A DNA stretch of 64,000 bases from Malacoraja senta. Lineage: Eukaryota. The stretch covers positions 20,338,001 through 20,402,000 of the forward strand of contig CM075989.1 of the NCBI GenBank assembly GCA_038087875.1, written 5' to 3'. The notes under the pieces are model-generated. The model was not told the DNA's origin. It saw nothing but the letters and a program-made list of their open reading frames with translations, and made no database searches. Every line of letters begins with the position of its first letter. The stretch's first letter is position 1. Of this stretch, positions 63,998 through 64,000 are shown one piece after another. The translations under genes were made by a program, and so were the position numbers.

Positions 63998-64000
63998 TTG

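Overview
Eukaryotic vertebrate genomic DNA, most likely a cartilaginous fish (skate/ray/shark). That assignment is inferred from the V-SINE/CR1/Penelope repeat set and the retained CatSper gene. Two spliced + strand genes can be reconstructed by hand. CATSPER2 has 10 visible coding exons (8154-33301); its S3-S4 exon is not visible and probably lies in the 200-N gap at 16285-16484. It also has a U12-type intron and an apparent 1-nt frameshift. LRRC28 has a CpG-rich promoter near 36.5 kb and 5 coding exons (40605-56022), and continues past the window. Introns are dense with mobile DNA: a full-length, disrupted L1 with TSD, CR1 and Rex1-type LINE fragments, V-SINEs, several MITEs, and a 1.8-kb 24-nt minisatellite. 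Main hunt result: two copies of a ~130-140 bp non-coding retroelement (34858-34984 and 62433-62570, minus strand). Its first 54 nt fold by eye into a complete minimal HDV-like self-cleaving ribozyme, and it ends in an RTE-like 3' tail. A second, more abundant family of Penelope-derived hairpin insertions carries a minimal hammerhead ribozyme core. All calls were made by eye with no database search.
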